The notes under the pieces: model-generated
Told to the model about the DNA's origin: nothing
Seen by the model: the letters and a program-made list of their open reading frames with translations, nothing else
Databases searched by the model: none
Part shown: piece by piece, positions 1-8,750 of the stretch
Layout of the letters: the number at the start of each line of letters is the position of its first letter
Position numbering within the stretch: position 1 is the first letter of the stretch
Made by a program: the position numbers and the translations under genes
Assembly (NCBI GenBank): GCA_027339965.1
Contig: DAHWNL010000050.1
Span: 1 to 25,156 of the forward strand
Source: Granulicella sp.
Lineage (GTDB): Bacteria; Acidobacteriota; Terriglobia; Terriglobales; Acidobacteriaceae
Reading direction: 5' to 3'
Length of the DNA stretch: 25,156 nucleotides

Positions 1-468
1 TTGCAGGGAATCGCCAAGGAACTGGTCTCTCCGGCTCCTGCCGATCCGCTCGGCACGTGGATGCAAACCTTCATGAATGCCATCGAGCAGCAGAACCTGC
101 AATGCGATGCCGTTGCTGTGCATAGCTACGGTGGAATTAACTCCTCAGCCTTCCTCGATATGCTGGACAATGTGTACACTCTCTATCAGCGCCCGATCTA
201 CGTCACGGAGTTCGCGGTTGCCGATTACAACGCGGTCAATGGCGTACCCAATCAATACAGTGTTCAACAGGTAAGTGATTTTATGGAGACCGTCTGCCCG
301 GCGATGGACAACCTAACCTATGTGAAAGGTTACGCATGGTATCCGTGGCCGTCCACAAACTCCAATGCACTGGCAAGTTCAGTCCTTTTCAATACGGACG
401 GAAGCCTCACTGCCCTGGGGCTGCTCTACAGCCAATTGTCAGCCTCCACAACCTCCACGACTGCGTAA
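1..468 (+). CDS. Glycoside hydrolase, GH128-like (putative beta-1,3-glucanase), C-terminal part; gene probably starts upstream of the window
   Basis: Motifs DAVAVHSY, RPIYVTEFA (candidate nucleophile Glu), YAWY and LFNTDGSLTALGLLY are typical of the GH128 C-terminal half. The frame is open from base 1 and stops at TAA 466-468. Confidence 0.75.
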   Translation: MQGIAKELVSPAPADPLGTWMQTFMNAIEQQNLQCDAVAVHSYGGINSSAFLDMLDNVYTLYQRPIYVTEFAVADYNAVNGVPNQYSVQQVSDFMETVCPAMDNLTYVKGYAWYPWPSTNSNALASSVLFNTDGSLTALGLLYSQLSASTTSTTA

Positions 469-895
469 TTTGCGGCGCGGACGGAGCCTCAGACAAAAGT
501 GCAGCGCGAGGCTGACTTTTCCGCAGGTGCCCGCGGCCATCTCCGCATAAAGCAAGGGATTCGGGTTACTGGTGTGCTGCTGGACAGCGTTGCCGATCGC
601 GAAGATTCATGGCTCCAGATCCTGGCAGGCGCGCCCTCTCTTCGATTTGCAGTCAAGCCGCGGAACAATCGCCGGATGAGGCCGAGTGAGGCAGCCGGAG
701 TCGAGGCCAAGCGGGGATGGAGTTTCTGACGGCTCAGCGGCCCAAGCTCCAGTTTGCCCATCCCATCCAGTTTCCCGCGTCACTGCCGCGCAACCGCCCC
801 GGAGCCTATTGCGCAAGCGTCGTTCTGCAAACATCTTGATGCGGGGCGAGACCCGGATTGCGCAATCTTGAACCAGGCTTTGCCGTCCGGGCAGC

Positions 896-1606
896 TCAGG
901 CCTGCTCCATCTCGATGGCGCGAGGAAACAGGATGTTGTTCTCCAGATGAATATGCTGGTGCAGATCCTCTTTCAACTCGGAAAGCGCCTGATAGAAGCC
1001 GCGATAGGTGGGGAATGCGTTCTCCGGGGGGGTGAAGTCTCTGCTGAGAGATCGCATCCGCTCCAGGGCGCTGCCGGATGAGTCATGCTCGGCCAGCATC
1101 ACCCGGATCGGGTTTCTGATACTTCCGAAGCAGCCGTGTGGACGACTTCCGCCGCCGGAACCGCGCTCCAATTCGGTGATGAGGGGAAACAGCATCCGCT
1201 CCTCTTTCTGAATATGCTGCAAAAGCTCCTCCCCAAGGGACTCGACGAGTTCTTGAATCTCCTTCAGCTCAGGATGGACGGCTCCGTGGCGCGAGACGAC
1301 CTTCTGAGCAAGGGACTGGAGACGCGGAACTTCGGTTCGGATCAAAGCGTGGTGCTTCTCGACGATGTGGTTGCAGATCGCCTCCAGCGGCTCCTTTGTC
1401 CAGTCGCGGCCGGCTGGGCCGCCTGCGGCTGCGGCTTGCTCAAGCGCCTGGAGAAGAGCTTGCGGATCGATGGACATCTCCTCGCATGCCTGCGCCAGCG
1501 GTCTGCTTCCACCGCAGCAATAATCGATGCCGAAGCGTTCAAAGACACGTAGCGAGGATGGTTGTTGAATGGCGATCTCACGAATGGTGTTTTGCGTTGC
1601 AACCAT
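896..1606 (-). CDS. ric: Iron-sulfur cluster repair di-iron protein (Ric/YtfE/ScdA family), 236 aa
   Basis: N-terminal FGIDYCCGG domain and hemerythrin-like ligands HH, HIQKEE, EH, HIHLENNILFPRA. Start moved to ATG 1606, which has GGAGG upstream. Confidence 0.92.
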   Translation of the reverse strand: MVATQNTIREIAIQQPSSLRVFERFGIDYCCGGSRPLAQACEEMSIDPQALLQALEQAAAAGGPAGRDWTKEPLEAICNHIVEKHHALIRTEVPRLQSLAQKVVSRHGAVHPELKEIQELVESLGEELLQHIQKEERMLFPLITELERGSGGGSRPHGCFGSIRNPIRVMLAEHDSSGSALERMRSLSRDFTPPENAFPTYRGFYQALSELKEDLHQHIHLENNILFPRAIEMEQA

Positions 1607-1878
1607 GGGAAAAGTTCCTCCATGGCGTGAAGATAGGTGACAGCGAGAAGAACGGGCAGCGACTAAAGTCACTGGAGGGCCTGATCGCCAGAGATGCAAG
1701 GGCCGGCGCACCGGCATTTGGTCGTCTCCCATCTCTTCGCATCGCCCGCCGAGAGCCAATCCTTCTGCGTGCTAGAGAAAGATCCCACCTCGGCACTACC
1801 GCTCGTAGCGTCCAGACGAATGCCGGAAGCCAAGCTCTCGTACAGGGGGAATTCGCTCGCGCTGTTCAGAAGAGCAGG

Positions 1879-2292
1879 CTAATCTTCTCCGCCTGAGCTC
1901 TTGTGATACTGCTCATCGCTGACCGGCTCCATCCAATCAACCACTCTGCCGTTGAGCCGCTCCTGGACGGCGATGTGGCTCATGGCGGTGCTGGACGTGG
2001 CGCCGTGCCAGTGCCTCTCTCCCGGAGCGAACCAGACGACATCTCCCGGGCGTAGCTCCCGAAGAGGGCCACCCTCGCATTGTGCCCAACCGCGACCCGC
2101 GGTGATGAGCAGAGTCTGGCCCAGGGGATGGGTATGCCACGCGGTCCGGGCTCCGGGTTCAAAGGTAACGCTTGCGCCTTGCACTCGGGCCGGCTCCGGC
2201 GCCAGGAACAAGGGATCGATCCGCACCACTCCGGTAAACCATGCTGCGGAGCCCTTCTCCGAGGGCTGCGCCCCCGCTCGCTGGATTTCCAT
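1879..2292 (-). CDS. Cupin domain protein (cupin_2-type), 137 aa
   Basis: [20 protein letters not shown] and PGERHWHGA cupin metal motifs. ATG 2292 is preceded by GGAGGAAG. Confidence 0.9.
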   Translation of the reverse strand: MEIQRAGAQPSEKGSAAWFTGVVRIDPLFLAPEPARVQGASVTFEPGARTAWHTHPLGQTLLITAGRGWAQCEGGPLRELRPGDVVWFAPGERHWHGATSSTAMSHIAVQERLNGRVVDWMEPVSDEQYHKSSGGED

Positions 2293-2317
2293 GGAATCTT
2301 CCTCCTGTTGTGGGTTG

Positions 2318-2581
2318 CTACCCATCGTGCTGGGCGAAGGCGGATTCAACCCGTTCGCTAAGATCAACTCCCGCCTGGTCCGGCGAGTTCATGTCTTCCT
2401 CCGGCCAGAGCGGTTGCTGGGTTGCGCAGCTCTTCTCATACCGCAGGTCAGCCAGAACGCGGCTCCAGTGAACGATGCTCCGCTCGGCCTGCCTCAGCCG
2501 CTTCTGCGCCTCCAGCAGCTTTCGCTCCGCGGCGCGCATGCGCCGCCGCCGGGCCGGATCGAGCTTAGAGGGAGAGATCAT
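2318..2581 (-). CDS. Small hypothetical protein, basic helical/coiled-coil-like, 87 aa
   Basis: ATG start, helical run [26 protein letters not shown], and a stop 25 nt before the cupin start on the same strand. A TATGCT -10-like hexamer lies 14 nt upstream. No family recognised. Confidence 0.5.
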   Translation of the reverse strand: MISPSKLDPARRRRMRAAERKLLEAQKRLRQAERSIVHWSRVLADLRYEKSCATQQPLWPEEDMNSPDQAGVDLSERVESAFAQHDG

Positions 2582-3186
2582 ACGTTCGAGCTTCCAGCAT
2601 AAGCGAAAGCCGCAACAGCACGCCTTCGCAGGTTCTTCGCCCCGACATCAGAAACATTTCTGGGGGGTACAGGTCTACCGGCGCTGTGTTCTCCGCTCCC
2701 GGCGCAGCAGTCCATCTTACGCACTGCAAATAAACCTTTGGCGGGCTATTCGTCCCTTGGCAGAGATATTCGCTCGGTCTGAGACGAACGCATCTTTCCA
2801 CCCCTTTTCTCTTCGAGCTGCACCGTAGGCGTGGTGCCCTTGATCCCCGCGTTTTGAACGCGTACGCTCATCTGCAGGAACCGTTCCGCGGGCAATCTCT
2901 GCGTCAGCTTCGAAGAGAAGTTCCCCAAGTTTTCCAAAAGACCGTATCGGCATCTGGCGAGTCGAGGTTCTCACCGGGTGGGAGTGGCTCAGGAGCCTTC
3001 CCGAATCGTCCACCGTGGGGTCGGCCCAACAACGGGAGAGGAAGGCGCTCGTCGTGACGTGCAGCGTGATGCGCAGGCGGAGGCACAGGTGGCCAGAGCA
3101 GTGGTCTTCCCTGGCAATGGAGATGGTCAGTGCCTGACGGTGCTGTCTGACTCGCGCGGGGCAGCAGAAAGGACTGCGTGAATTCG

Positions 3187-4230
3187 ATGAAGGCTCTAGT
3201 GCTGGCCAAGTACAAACATTTTGAGTTGGTGGACCTGCCGCGGCCCTCGCCGGGAAGTGGAGAGGTGCTGGTTCAGGTGGCCGCCTGCGGTATCTGCGGC
3301 AGCGATGTTCACGGGTACGACGGTTCCTCCGGTCGCCGCATTCCTCCCATCGTCATGGGGCATGAGGCCGCAGGGGTGGTTGCCGAAGTGGGAGCCGGCG
3401 TCCATTCCTGGCAGCCGGGCGATCGCGTGACCTTTGACTCCACGGTCTCCTGCGGAGAGTGTGCTTTCTGCCGCCGCGGTGACGTGAATCTGTGCGAACG
3501 CCGCGAGGTGATCGGCGTCTCCTGTACTGAATTTCGGCGTGCCGGTGCATTTGCCGAGTATCTGGTGGTGCCGGCGCGCATTCTCTACCCCTTGCCGGAC
3601 GCCATGCCGTTTGCCGAGGCGGCGATGCTGGAAGCGGTCTCCGTGGCTTTGCACGCAGTCCGGATGGCCGGAGTTCGCGGAGGCGAGACCGCGCTCATCG
3701 TCGGCGCTGGAATGATCGGGCTGTTGACCCTGCAGGCGGCGCGCATGGCTGGGTGCAGCCGGGTGCTGGTGGCCGATATTGACGCGACGCGGCTGCGGAT
3801 GGCGGAGACTCTGGGGGCCGATGAGGCGCTGCATCTCTCTGGAGGAGAGATGATCCGCGAGGTATTGCGCAGAACACCCGCGGGAGTCGATGTTGCGCTG
3901 GAGGCTGTTGGCCGGGAGGAGACGGTGACGGCGGCGATCGAGTCGGTGGTCAAGGGCGGAGTTGTTGTCCTGATCGGCAATATCTCGCCCCGGATTTCGA
4001 TTCCCCTGCAGACCGTGGTCAGCCGTCAACTGCGCTTGCAGGGTACGGCGGCCTCCGCCGGCGAGTATCCGAAGGCCATCGAATGGGTTGCCTCGGGAAA
4101 GATCAAGGTGAAGCCGCTGATCTCTGCGGTTGCGCCCCTGGAGGAAGGCCCAAGGTGGTTTGAGCGCCTGTATGCGAATGAGCCGAACCTCATGAAGATC
4201 GTCCTGGCCCCGTTGGCGGAGAAGCTCTGA
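3187..4230 (+). CDS. Zinc-dependent (MDR) polyol/sugar-acid dehydrogenase, probably NAD-linked
   Basis: CGICGSD, GHE, structural Zn site CGECAFC-x7-C, GAGMIG, acidic ADID. Start is ATG 3187 (alternative GTG 3178). Its TGA overlaps the next ATG (TGATG). Confidence 0.92.
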   Translation: MKALVLAKYKHFELVDLPRPSPGSGEVLVQVAACGICGSDVHGYDGSSGRRIPPIVMGHEAAGVVAEVGAGVHSWQPGDRVTFDSTVSCGECAFCRRGDVNLCERREVIGVSCTEFRRAGAFAEYLVVPARILYPLPDAMPFAEAAMLEAVSVALHAVRMAGVRGGETALIVGAGMIGLLTLQAARMAGCSRVLVADIDATRLRMAETLGADEALHLSGGEMIREVLRRTPAGVDVALEAVGREETVTAAIESVVKGGVVVLIGNISPRISIPLQTVVSRQLRLQGTAASAGEYPKAIEWVASGKIKVKPLISAVAPLEEGPRWFERLYANEPNLMKIVLAPLAEKL

Positions 4231-5030
4231 TGGAAGACTCTCTCTTTGATCTCAAGGGACAGGTGGCTCTGGTGACTGGAGCCAGCCGTGGGCTGGGCCA
4301 GTACTTTGCCCGGGCCCTGGCTCGGGCGGGCGCTGATCTCATCCTGACCAGCCGCCGTCGCGAATCGCTGACTGAGTTTGCGCAAGAGATGCGCAGCCTG
4401 GGACGCCGCGCCGTGGCTCTGGAACTTGACGTTCGCGACCCCGCCAGCATTGAGCGCATGGCTGCTGAGGCTGAAGCGGCCCAGGGGCAGATTCACATTC
4501 TGGTCAACAACGCCGGTTGCAACGTTCGCAAGCCGGCGCTCGATGTCACCTGGGAGGATTGGAATCTGGTGTTGGACACCAACCTGCGCGGCAGCTTCTT
4601 TGTCGCGCAGGCGATTGCTCGCGGCATGATCGCTCATCAGTATGGGCGCATCATCAACGTTGGTTCCGTCACCAGCGTATTTGGCTACGCCGGCCTGGCG
4701 CCGTATGGAGCCAGCCGAGGTGGCATCCGCCAGTTGACGATGAGCCTGGCTGCGGACTGGGGTCCGCACGGCGTGACCGTGAACTGCCTGGCTCCAGGGT
4801 GGTTCAAGACCCGGCAGAACCAGGTGCTCTACGAGGATCCGGATTGGGTAGAGTACCTGATCGAGCGCATTCCCATCCGTCGCCCTGGCCAACCGAACGA
4901 TCTCGATGGTGCCGTGCTCTTTCTGGCGTCGGAGGCGAGCCGGTATGTGACGGGCCAGACGCTGTTGGTGGACGGAGGCATCTCGACTGGATCCACGAGA
5001 GCAACAGTAGTGCGGAAAGACAAGTCTTAA
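4230..5030 (+). CDS. SDR oxidoreductase, gluconate 5-dehydrogenase/keto-sugar-acid reductase-like, 266 aa
   Basis: LFDLKGQVALVTGASRGLG, NNAG, catalytic YGASR, APGWFKT, YVTGQTLLVDGG. Coupled to the upstream gene. Confidence 0.9.
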   Translation: MEDSLFDLKGQVALVTGASRGLGQYFARALARAGADLILTSRRRESLTEFAQEMRSLGRRAVALELDVRDPASIERMAAEAEAAQGQIHILVNNAGCNVRKPALDVTWEDWNLVLDTNLRGSFFVAQAIARGMIAHQYGRIINVGSVTSVFGYAGLAPYGASRGGIRQLTMSLAADWGPHGVTVNCLAPGWFKTRQNQVLYEDPDWVEYLIERIPIRRPGQPNDLDGAVLFLASEASRYVTGQTLLVDGGISTGSTRATVVRKDKS

Positions 5031-5044
5031 CCCGCTGCCTTCTC

Positions 5045-5160
5045 TAAAGCAGTTTCAGTGCAGGTATACCCAATGCCTCGACTTCCATGGGCGTTTTCCC
5101 CAATGAAAACGCTACTGTCAAGCCCTCTTCGGGACACCCATCAACACTGAAAATGCTATA
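5045..5160. mobile_element. MITE-like palindromic element, copy A (116 bp including both TA dinucleotides)
   Basis: Terminal inverted repeats TAAAGCAGTTTCAGTG / CACTGAAAATGCTATA (14/16), TA at both ends, central hairpin GCGTTTTC-cccaat-GAAAACGC. An inverted near-identical copy lies at 19184-19298. Confidence 0.8.
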
Positions 5161-6439
5161 GCCGGATAGGCTCGGCGTTGCGCAGCAGAAAGATGTAAGC
5201 GAAGATTCCTGCCGTAAGGTACACCGCAGCCACTGTAAACGCAGCGGCGAAGTTGTGCCACCTTTGCACCAGAATGCCGGTGAGGATGGATGCCGCAATC
5301 CCGGAGATCTGGTTGGAAAAGTTCATGATGCCGCCGACGCGTCCCGCGCAGCCGGTCGGGGCAATGAGCGAGGGAAAGGACCATCCGACAGGTGCCGCCG
5401 CGGACAGTCCGCCAATGCAGACGCTGATCCAAACCAGAGCTTCGGCGGGACTGTGTGCGTGCGCGCCACCGAGAATGCCCAGGCCCATCGCCGTTCCGCC
5501 CACCAGAACGAACATGCGCACGCGGTTTGCTTTCCAGCCGCGCTGAATCAGCGCGTCCACAAGCCATCCGCCAATCAGCAGATCTGCTGCGGTTGCCACC
5601 AGCCATGGAACTCCGGTGTAAAGAAAGGAGTCCAGCAGATTGGTGTGCAGGGACTCTGACAGGTAGGTCGGCAGCCACACCAGCAGAAGATAAAAAATGT
5701 AATTGTAGGAGCCAAAACCAACGGCCAGCCCGAGAACTCGCCGCTGTTGCAGCAGGTGCCGAAGCGATGCCTGAGCTGGCGATGTATCTTCCGGGAAAGT
5801 TTCGTGTCCGCGGATGAAGGCGAGTTCCTCCGGGCTGAGGCGAGGATCCTGCTCCGGCTCATGATAGACAAAGAAGAAGAGCAGGAAGTACAGCATGCTG
5901 ACGAGTCCAGTGGCTGCGAAGCTCATCCGCCAGCCCGCGCGAAGCAACAGGACGCCGATCAGGGGCACGCCAAGGGCTGAGGCCAGCTTTGCCGCCGCGT
6001 CAAAGAAGCTGGTTGCGAAGCTGCGCTCCTGCGCTGGAAACCAGTTTCCGATCGCTTTGGCGTTGGCGGGGAAGGTGGGAGCTTCGCCCACTCCGAGAGC
6101 GAGCCTTGCCGAGAAGAAGGATGGCACGTTGGGAGCCGCTGCGGCTGCAAACGAGGCCAGGCCCCATAGAAAGGTGCTGATGCGGCCTATACGTTGCACG
6201 CCCAGCCAGTCGAGCGCGGAGCCGATGGGTATCTGGCACAAGGCGTAGGTCCAGTTGTACGCACTGGCAAGGATGCCGAAGGTGACGTTGGAGATCCCGA
6301 AGGCGGCGATCAGCGCATGATGCGAGACGGAGAGATTGACACGATCGAAGTAGTTGATGAGTACGCCAAGCCCGAGGAGCCAGGCGATGCGCCAGCGGCG
6401 ACGCGGCTTGACATCCTGCGTCCGCTCTGTTGTGGCCAT
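5156..6439 (-). CDS. MFS transporter, ACS (anion:cation symporter) family, putative aldonate/hexuronate permease, 427 aa
   Basis: INYFDRVNLSV, LGVGEAPTFPANAKAIGNWFP-ER and about 12 hydrophobic segments. Start set at ATG 6439. The stop TAG lies inside the repeat element end. Confidence 0.9.
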   Translation of the reverse strand: MATTERTQDVKPRRRWRIAWLLGLGVLINYFDRVNLSVSHHALIAAFGISNVTFGILASAYNWTYALCQIPIGSALDWLGVQRIGRISTFLWGLASFAAAAAPNVPSFFSARLALGVGEAPTFPANAKAIGNWFPAQERSFATSFFDAAAKLASALGVPLIGVLLLRAGWRMSFAATGLVSMLYFLLFFFVYHEPEQDPRLSPEELAFIRGHETFPEDTSPAQASLRHLLQQRRVLGLAVGFGSYNYIFYLLLVWLPTYLSESLHTNLLDSFLYTGVPWLVATAADLLIGGWLVDALIQRGWKANRVRMFVLVGGTAMGLGILGGAHAHSPAEALVWISVCIGGLSAAAPVGWSFPSLIAPTGCAGRVGGIMNFSNQISGIAASILTGILVQRWHNFAAAFTVAAVYLTAGIFAYIFLLRNAEPIRL

Positions 6440-6757
6440 TGCCGTCACCCAATCTTCCCGTTTCCTGCCCGAGCTAAAAGGATAGCTGGTATTGGGTTCT
6501 GTGTGAGATCCGTACTCCCTGGCAAGGCAGGCCACATCGCGGCCGTGGCGATCTTGCGCCAAAAAATGAGAGTGCATAGCGACGGCATCTCTCTGTAAGT
6601 TGCTCTCCTCCGGCGTCTGATGACGGAGGCATCTGTTCACTTCAATGTTCAGAAGAGGGTCCGTGGCCAAAGCAAACTGCCGAAGGAGCTATCGCCGCAC
6701 CTGCTCGAGACGGACAGGCGCCAGGGACCGCATCCGCGAACGGCAGGGGGAGCCGCT

Positions 6758-7540
6758 TTAACGGACTCCAATGCCGGCCAGCAGTCCTCCATCCACTCGA
6801 AAGTCGCTGCCGGTGCAGAAGGAGGCTCTTTCGGAGAGCAGGAAGGCTGCCAGTTCGGCGACTTCTTCCGGGGTTCCAATTCGTCCCAAGGGATGCGCGG
6901 CGCCGAAGCGGGCGAAGCTTTCTTCCAGCGAAGCTTCGGGAGAGAAGTGCTGGGCGGAGGTGACCAGCATGGGGCTTCGCACCGATCCCGGGCTGATGGA
7001 ATTCACCCGGATATGGTCGCCGGCATGATCCAGCGCGAGGGCGCGGGTCAGGCTCAGGATGGCTCCCTTCGACGTGGCGTACGCCGCAACGCCGACCTGG
7101 CACGCGTAGCCCTGCACGGAGGCCAGATTGACGATGCTGCCGCCTCCCCGCTTCTTCATCTCGGGAATCACGCTGCGCGCCATCAGATACATGCCACCCA
7201 AGTTCACGCTCATGCAGCGGTTCCAGGTGGCTGGATCGGTCTCCACCACGGAACCGAAGGGATGAATGCCGGCGGCATTGACCAGCATGTCGATGCCGCC
7301 GAGTTCGCTCGCCGCTTGATCGACAAAGCTCTGCACCGACTCTGGATCGGCCACATCCGCCACGACGGCTCGGAGAGCGAGGCCGCGGCGCTGGGCTTCC
7401 GAGGCGAGTTCCTGATTGGCTGCGGAGTCGACGCCGCAGGCCATGGCGCGCGCGCCACCTTCCGCCAGGCGCAGGGCAATCGCGCGGCCGATTCCCGTGG
7501 TTCCCGTGACGAGCGCTGTTTTTCCATCGAACTCAGCCAT
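6758..7540 (-). CDS. SDR oxidoreductase, aldose dehydrogenase-like, 260 aa
   Basis: [40 protein letters not shown] 7540 has GAGGAGG upstream and overlaps the uxuA end by 8 nt. Confidence 0.9.
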   Translation of the reverse strand: MAEFDGKTALVTGTTGIGRAIALRLAEGGARAMACGVDSAANQELASEAQRRGLALRAVVADVADPESVQSFVDQAASELGGIDMLVNAAGIHPFGSVVETDPATWNRCMSVNLGGMYLMARSVIPEMKKRGGGSIVNLASVQGYACQVGVAAYATSKGAILSLTRALALDHAGDHIRVNSISPGSVRSPMLVTSAQHFSPEASLEESFARFGAAHPLGRIGTPEEVAELAAFLLSERASFCTGSDFRVDGGLLAGIGVR

Positions 7541-8750
7541 GGCCTGCCTCCTCGGCTGCGGCGGAACGCAGCTCTGATGCGGCATACTGCAATCCGCAGA
7601 TGGCTCCGCGCAGCTCGGCGAGTCCCTTGAGCCGTCCCACAAAAGAGTAGCCGGCGTTGCCCGGCTTCCCGATATCATCGCCCAGAAGGTGGCCGTGGTC
7701 GGGACGCATGGGGATCTCCCAGTCTGACTGCCCGGCTCGCGCGCGGCGGCGCTCTTCTTCCAGCATGGCGCGGATGAGGCCGAGCATGTCGGAGCTGCCC
7801 GACAGGTGTTCGGACTCATAAAACGATCCGCCGTGCTGGCGCTGCACCTGGCGTAGATGCAGAAAGTGAATACGCGGCCCGAACTCCCGCGCCATGGCTA
7901 CGAGATCATTGTCTGCCCGGGAGCCCAGCGAGCCGGCGCAGAAGGTCAATCCGTTCACGGCAGAGTCGTATCCATTGAGGATCGAGCGCAGATCGCCGGC
8001 GGTTGAGACGATGCGCGGCAGGCCGTACAGCGGCCAGGGGGGATCATCCGGATGGATCGCCAGGCGGATTCCCAACTCCGCCGCCACTGGGCCCACTTCG
8101 CGCAGAAAAGCCAGCAGATTGCCGCGCAGATCTTCGGCCGTAACGCCGTCAAACTGAGCGATGGCGGCACGCATCGATGCGCGGGTGTAGGACGCCTCTG
8201 AGGCCGAGATGCCGCCGATCAGGGTTCGTTCCAGCCGCTCGATGAACTCCGGGGTCAACTGCTGGAAGCGTGTCCGGGCGGCGGCGATGCGATCCTCGGT
8301 GTAGCCGGCCTCCGCGCCGGGCCTTTGCAGGATGAAGAGATCGTAGGCGGCGAAGTCCAGGGCGTCGAAGCGCACGGCGTAGCCGGTAGAAGGCAGCCGG
8401 AAGGCGAGGTCCGTGCGCACCCAGTCCACCACCGGCATGAAGTTGTAGCAGAGGGTCTTCACCCCGGCCTTCGCGATAGCGGCCAGGGAGTCGATCCACG
8501 CATCGATGTAGCGCCGGTAGGGGCCGGTGCGCAGTTTGATGGAGGTGTGGGTGGGAATGCTCTCCACCACTGACCAATCCAAGCCGGCGGCGGCGATCTC
8601 ATCACGCCGCTTCAGCACTTCAATCAGCGGCCAGGCTTCCCCGCGATAGAAGTGGTGCAAGGCGGTGACGATCCCGGTCGCGCCCGCCTGGGAGGCATAG
8701 TGCACAGGAACGGGATCTTCGGGGCCGAACCAACGCCAGGTTTGTTTCAT
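7533..8750 (-). CDS. uxuA: Mannonate dehydratase, 405 aa
   Basis: [59 protein letters not shown] overlap with the upstream lactonase stop. Confidence 0.95.
   Translation of the reverse strand: MKQTWRWFGPEDPVPVHYASQAGATGIVTALHHFYRGEAWPLIEVLKRRDEIAAAGLDWSVVESIPTHTSIKLRTGPYRRYIDAWIDSLAAIAKAGVKTLCYNFMPVVDWVRTDLAFRLPSTGYAVRFDALDFAAYDLFILQRPGAEAGYTEDRIAAARTRFQQLTPEFIERLERTLIGGISASEASYTRASMRAAIAQFDGVTAEDLRGNLLAFLREVGPVAAELGIRLAIHPDDPPWPLYGLPRIVSTAGDLRSILNGYDSAVNGLTFCAGSLGSRADNDLVAMAREFGPRIHFLHLRQVQRQHGGSFYESEHLSGSSDMLGLIRAMLEEERRRARAGQSDWEIPMRPDHGHLLGDDIGKPGNAGYSFVGRLKGLAELRGAICGLQYAASELRSAAAEEAGHG

Noticed and set aside
469..895. Short ORFs and weak hairpins between the GH128 gene and ric
   Set aside because: No recognisable protein or RNA features.
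1607..1878. NsrR/FNR-type operator upstream of ric
   Set aside because: Only partial half-site resemblance (around AGATGCAAG); no convincing palindrome.
2602..3177. Short ORFs 2717-3013, 2746-2937 and 2904-3215
   Set aside because: No motif, RBS or compositional support lets me choose a frame. Left unannotated; a gene remnant cannot be excluded.
6620..7630. 336-aa plus-strand ORF, and similar ones at 13493-14503, 15361-16347, 22881-23720, 23641-24768, plus minus-strand 3196-4029 and 4026-4892
   Set aside because: All lie antisense to well-supported genes and show no family motifs.
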